From positions 471,042 to 535,041 of the forward strand of contig MNCI01002118.1 in the NCBI GenBank assembly GCA_015680685.1: a stretch of DNA of 64,000 bases, given 5' to 3'. Shown piece by piece: positions 62,791-64,000 of this stretch. This DNA comes from Gnetum montanum. Lineage: Eukaryota; Plantae; Gnetophyta. The notes beneath the pieces are model-generated. The model had not been told where the DNA came from. It saw nothing but the letters and a program-made list of their open reading frames with translations, and made no database searches. How positions within the stretch are numbered: the first letter of the stretch is position 1; each line of letters starts with the position of its first letter. The position numbers and the translations under genes were made by a program.

Positions 62791-62943
62791 TTGGTAAAAA
62801 GTGCAATTCATAGCTTTTCATGCTATGGAAAATACTTTTCCCAGCCTCATAAACTATGGAATGTAAATTCAACACAATGCAATGTAAGGCATGGCGTAGG
62901 CATGATATAACCTAATTAAGGCATGGGTTTTTACATAAATTTG

Positions 62944-63251
62944 TTGAAACCCACTTTTGAGTTTAAAGTCCATTATGTTAACAGTTATCGTATTGATGCA
63001 TATGTTGAGAGTAACGAAAACAGAGTACAGCATCTAGAAATGAGAGTTACACAAGGGTGTGGTTAGAATCATGACCTTGCAAAGTGCTAATCATGTTCGC
63101 CTTGATTGTGTATATGATTTTTCCATACGCCATGACAATCAAATCAGCCTTACATGGAGTCTACGCATAACTTATCATCAGATAGTAAATATGATATATT
63201 GCTAGCAATTCAATAATTGAGGTTATATACAAAAATCCTTTATAGGTTCAA
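62944..63251 (+). repeat. 308-bp direct repeat, copy 2
   Basis: Matches 46081-46388. Confidence 0.92.
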
Positions 63252-64000
63252 AGTGGAGATTGTTCAAAATGCATCTATTGGTAATGCCAACATTTGTAGA
63301 TATATTTGAAAGAGTAAATTGTTTACTACACACCTATTTAAGGAATGTAAAACTAGAGAATTATTGGAATTTGTAAATATATCTCCTTATTTATAATTTT
63401 TTTTCTTTTGGTATTAGCTATTATTTGTTAAAGGTGTTTTATAAACCAAAGGTGACATAATTTATCCTGCATGTGATAGTAGATGGCTCTCACTCCAAAA
63501 GCCTATCAATGTAAAAGGATTTTTGCTTGACTTTGTGTGTTTCTACGTGTGCTTCTTTGTTTCTTATCCTGCTGATGTACCTGAAGACTGTTGCTGACCT
63601 AACTTGTTGAACACAAAAGCTTTTTGCCACTGCTTTTTTCCTCGTTTTTCACCCAAGATTTTTAGGGGGATTCCACATAAATCTAGTGTTCAATTTCTTT
63701 GCTTCTTGTCTTTCTGTTTTAATATTTGTTTTATGATTGTACTTATGCAACAACAATCCAAAAAATCTGTAAGGTGAGTTGATGAGGTGTAGTACCCTAT
63801 ATTTGTGCATGTGACCTATATACTCTATTAAATACTTAGACTTGAACTATATTTTAAAACTTACATATATTTGCAGATGTGCCTACTGCTTTTAAGTTAA
63901 TGTAAAAACATTTGATTGGGTGACTTAAATCATATTTACTATTTAATCATAATTTGTTTCTAATTATTTATTATTTTAACATCAAAAAATATATTTTTAT

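Larger units (their letters stand above)
46405..62800. mobile_element. Endogenous caulimovirid (plant pararetrovirus) integration locus, rearranged
   Basis: 30K movement protein, capsid zinc knuckle, aspartic protease, caulimovirid-type RT and RNase H, tRNA-Met PBS; no integrase and no LTRs. Confidence 0.93.

Noticed and set aside
63770-63880. GT...AG intron-like stretch on the + strand
   Set aside because: No supporting coding exons recognised; insufficient evidence for a gene.

Overview
Eukaryotic plant genomic DNA (draft assembly with five N gaps), mostly nested transposable elements with little host gene content. From left to right: a minus-strand Athila-like Gypsy fragment (1-1335); decayed Copia/Gypsy remnants; a full-length decayed Athila-like element with a 3' extra ORF (8968-20457); a solo LTR with a perfect TSD; an intact SAUR gene; a 2OG-Fe(II) oxygenase fragment; an old L1; one BUB3 exon; and a decayed chromovirus-type Gypsy. 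At 46.4-62.8 kb lies a rearranged, near full-length endogenous caulimovirid (ORF1 spanning the tRNA-Met PBS, then an MP-CP-AP-RT-RNaseH-extension polyprotein) with an inverted partial second copy. A GC-rich L1 LINE with TSD and poly(A) interrupts its capsid gene. The most novel feature is the 3' end of this LINE. After zf-RVT, where plant L1s often carry RNase H, it encodes a Transposase_32/ATHILA-ORF1-like domain, a coiled coil and an apparent DnaJ (J) domain (HLD, one C>T away from HPD). All domain calls are from motif recognition by eye; no searches were run.
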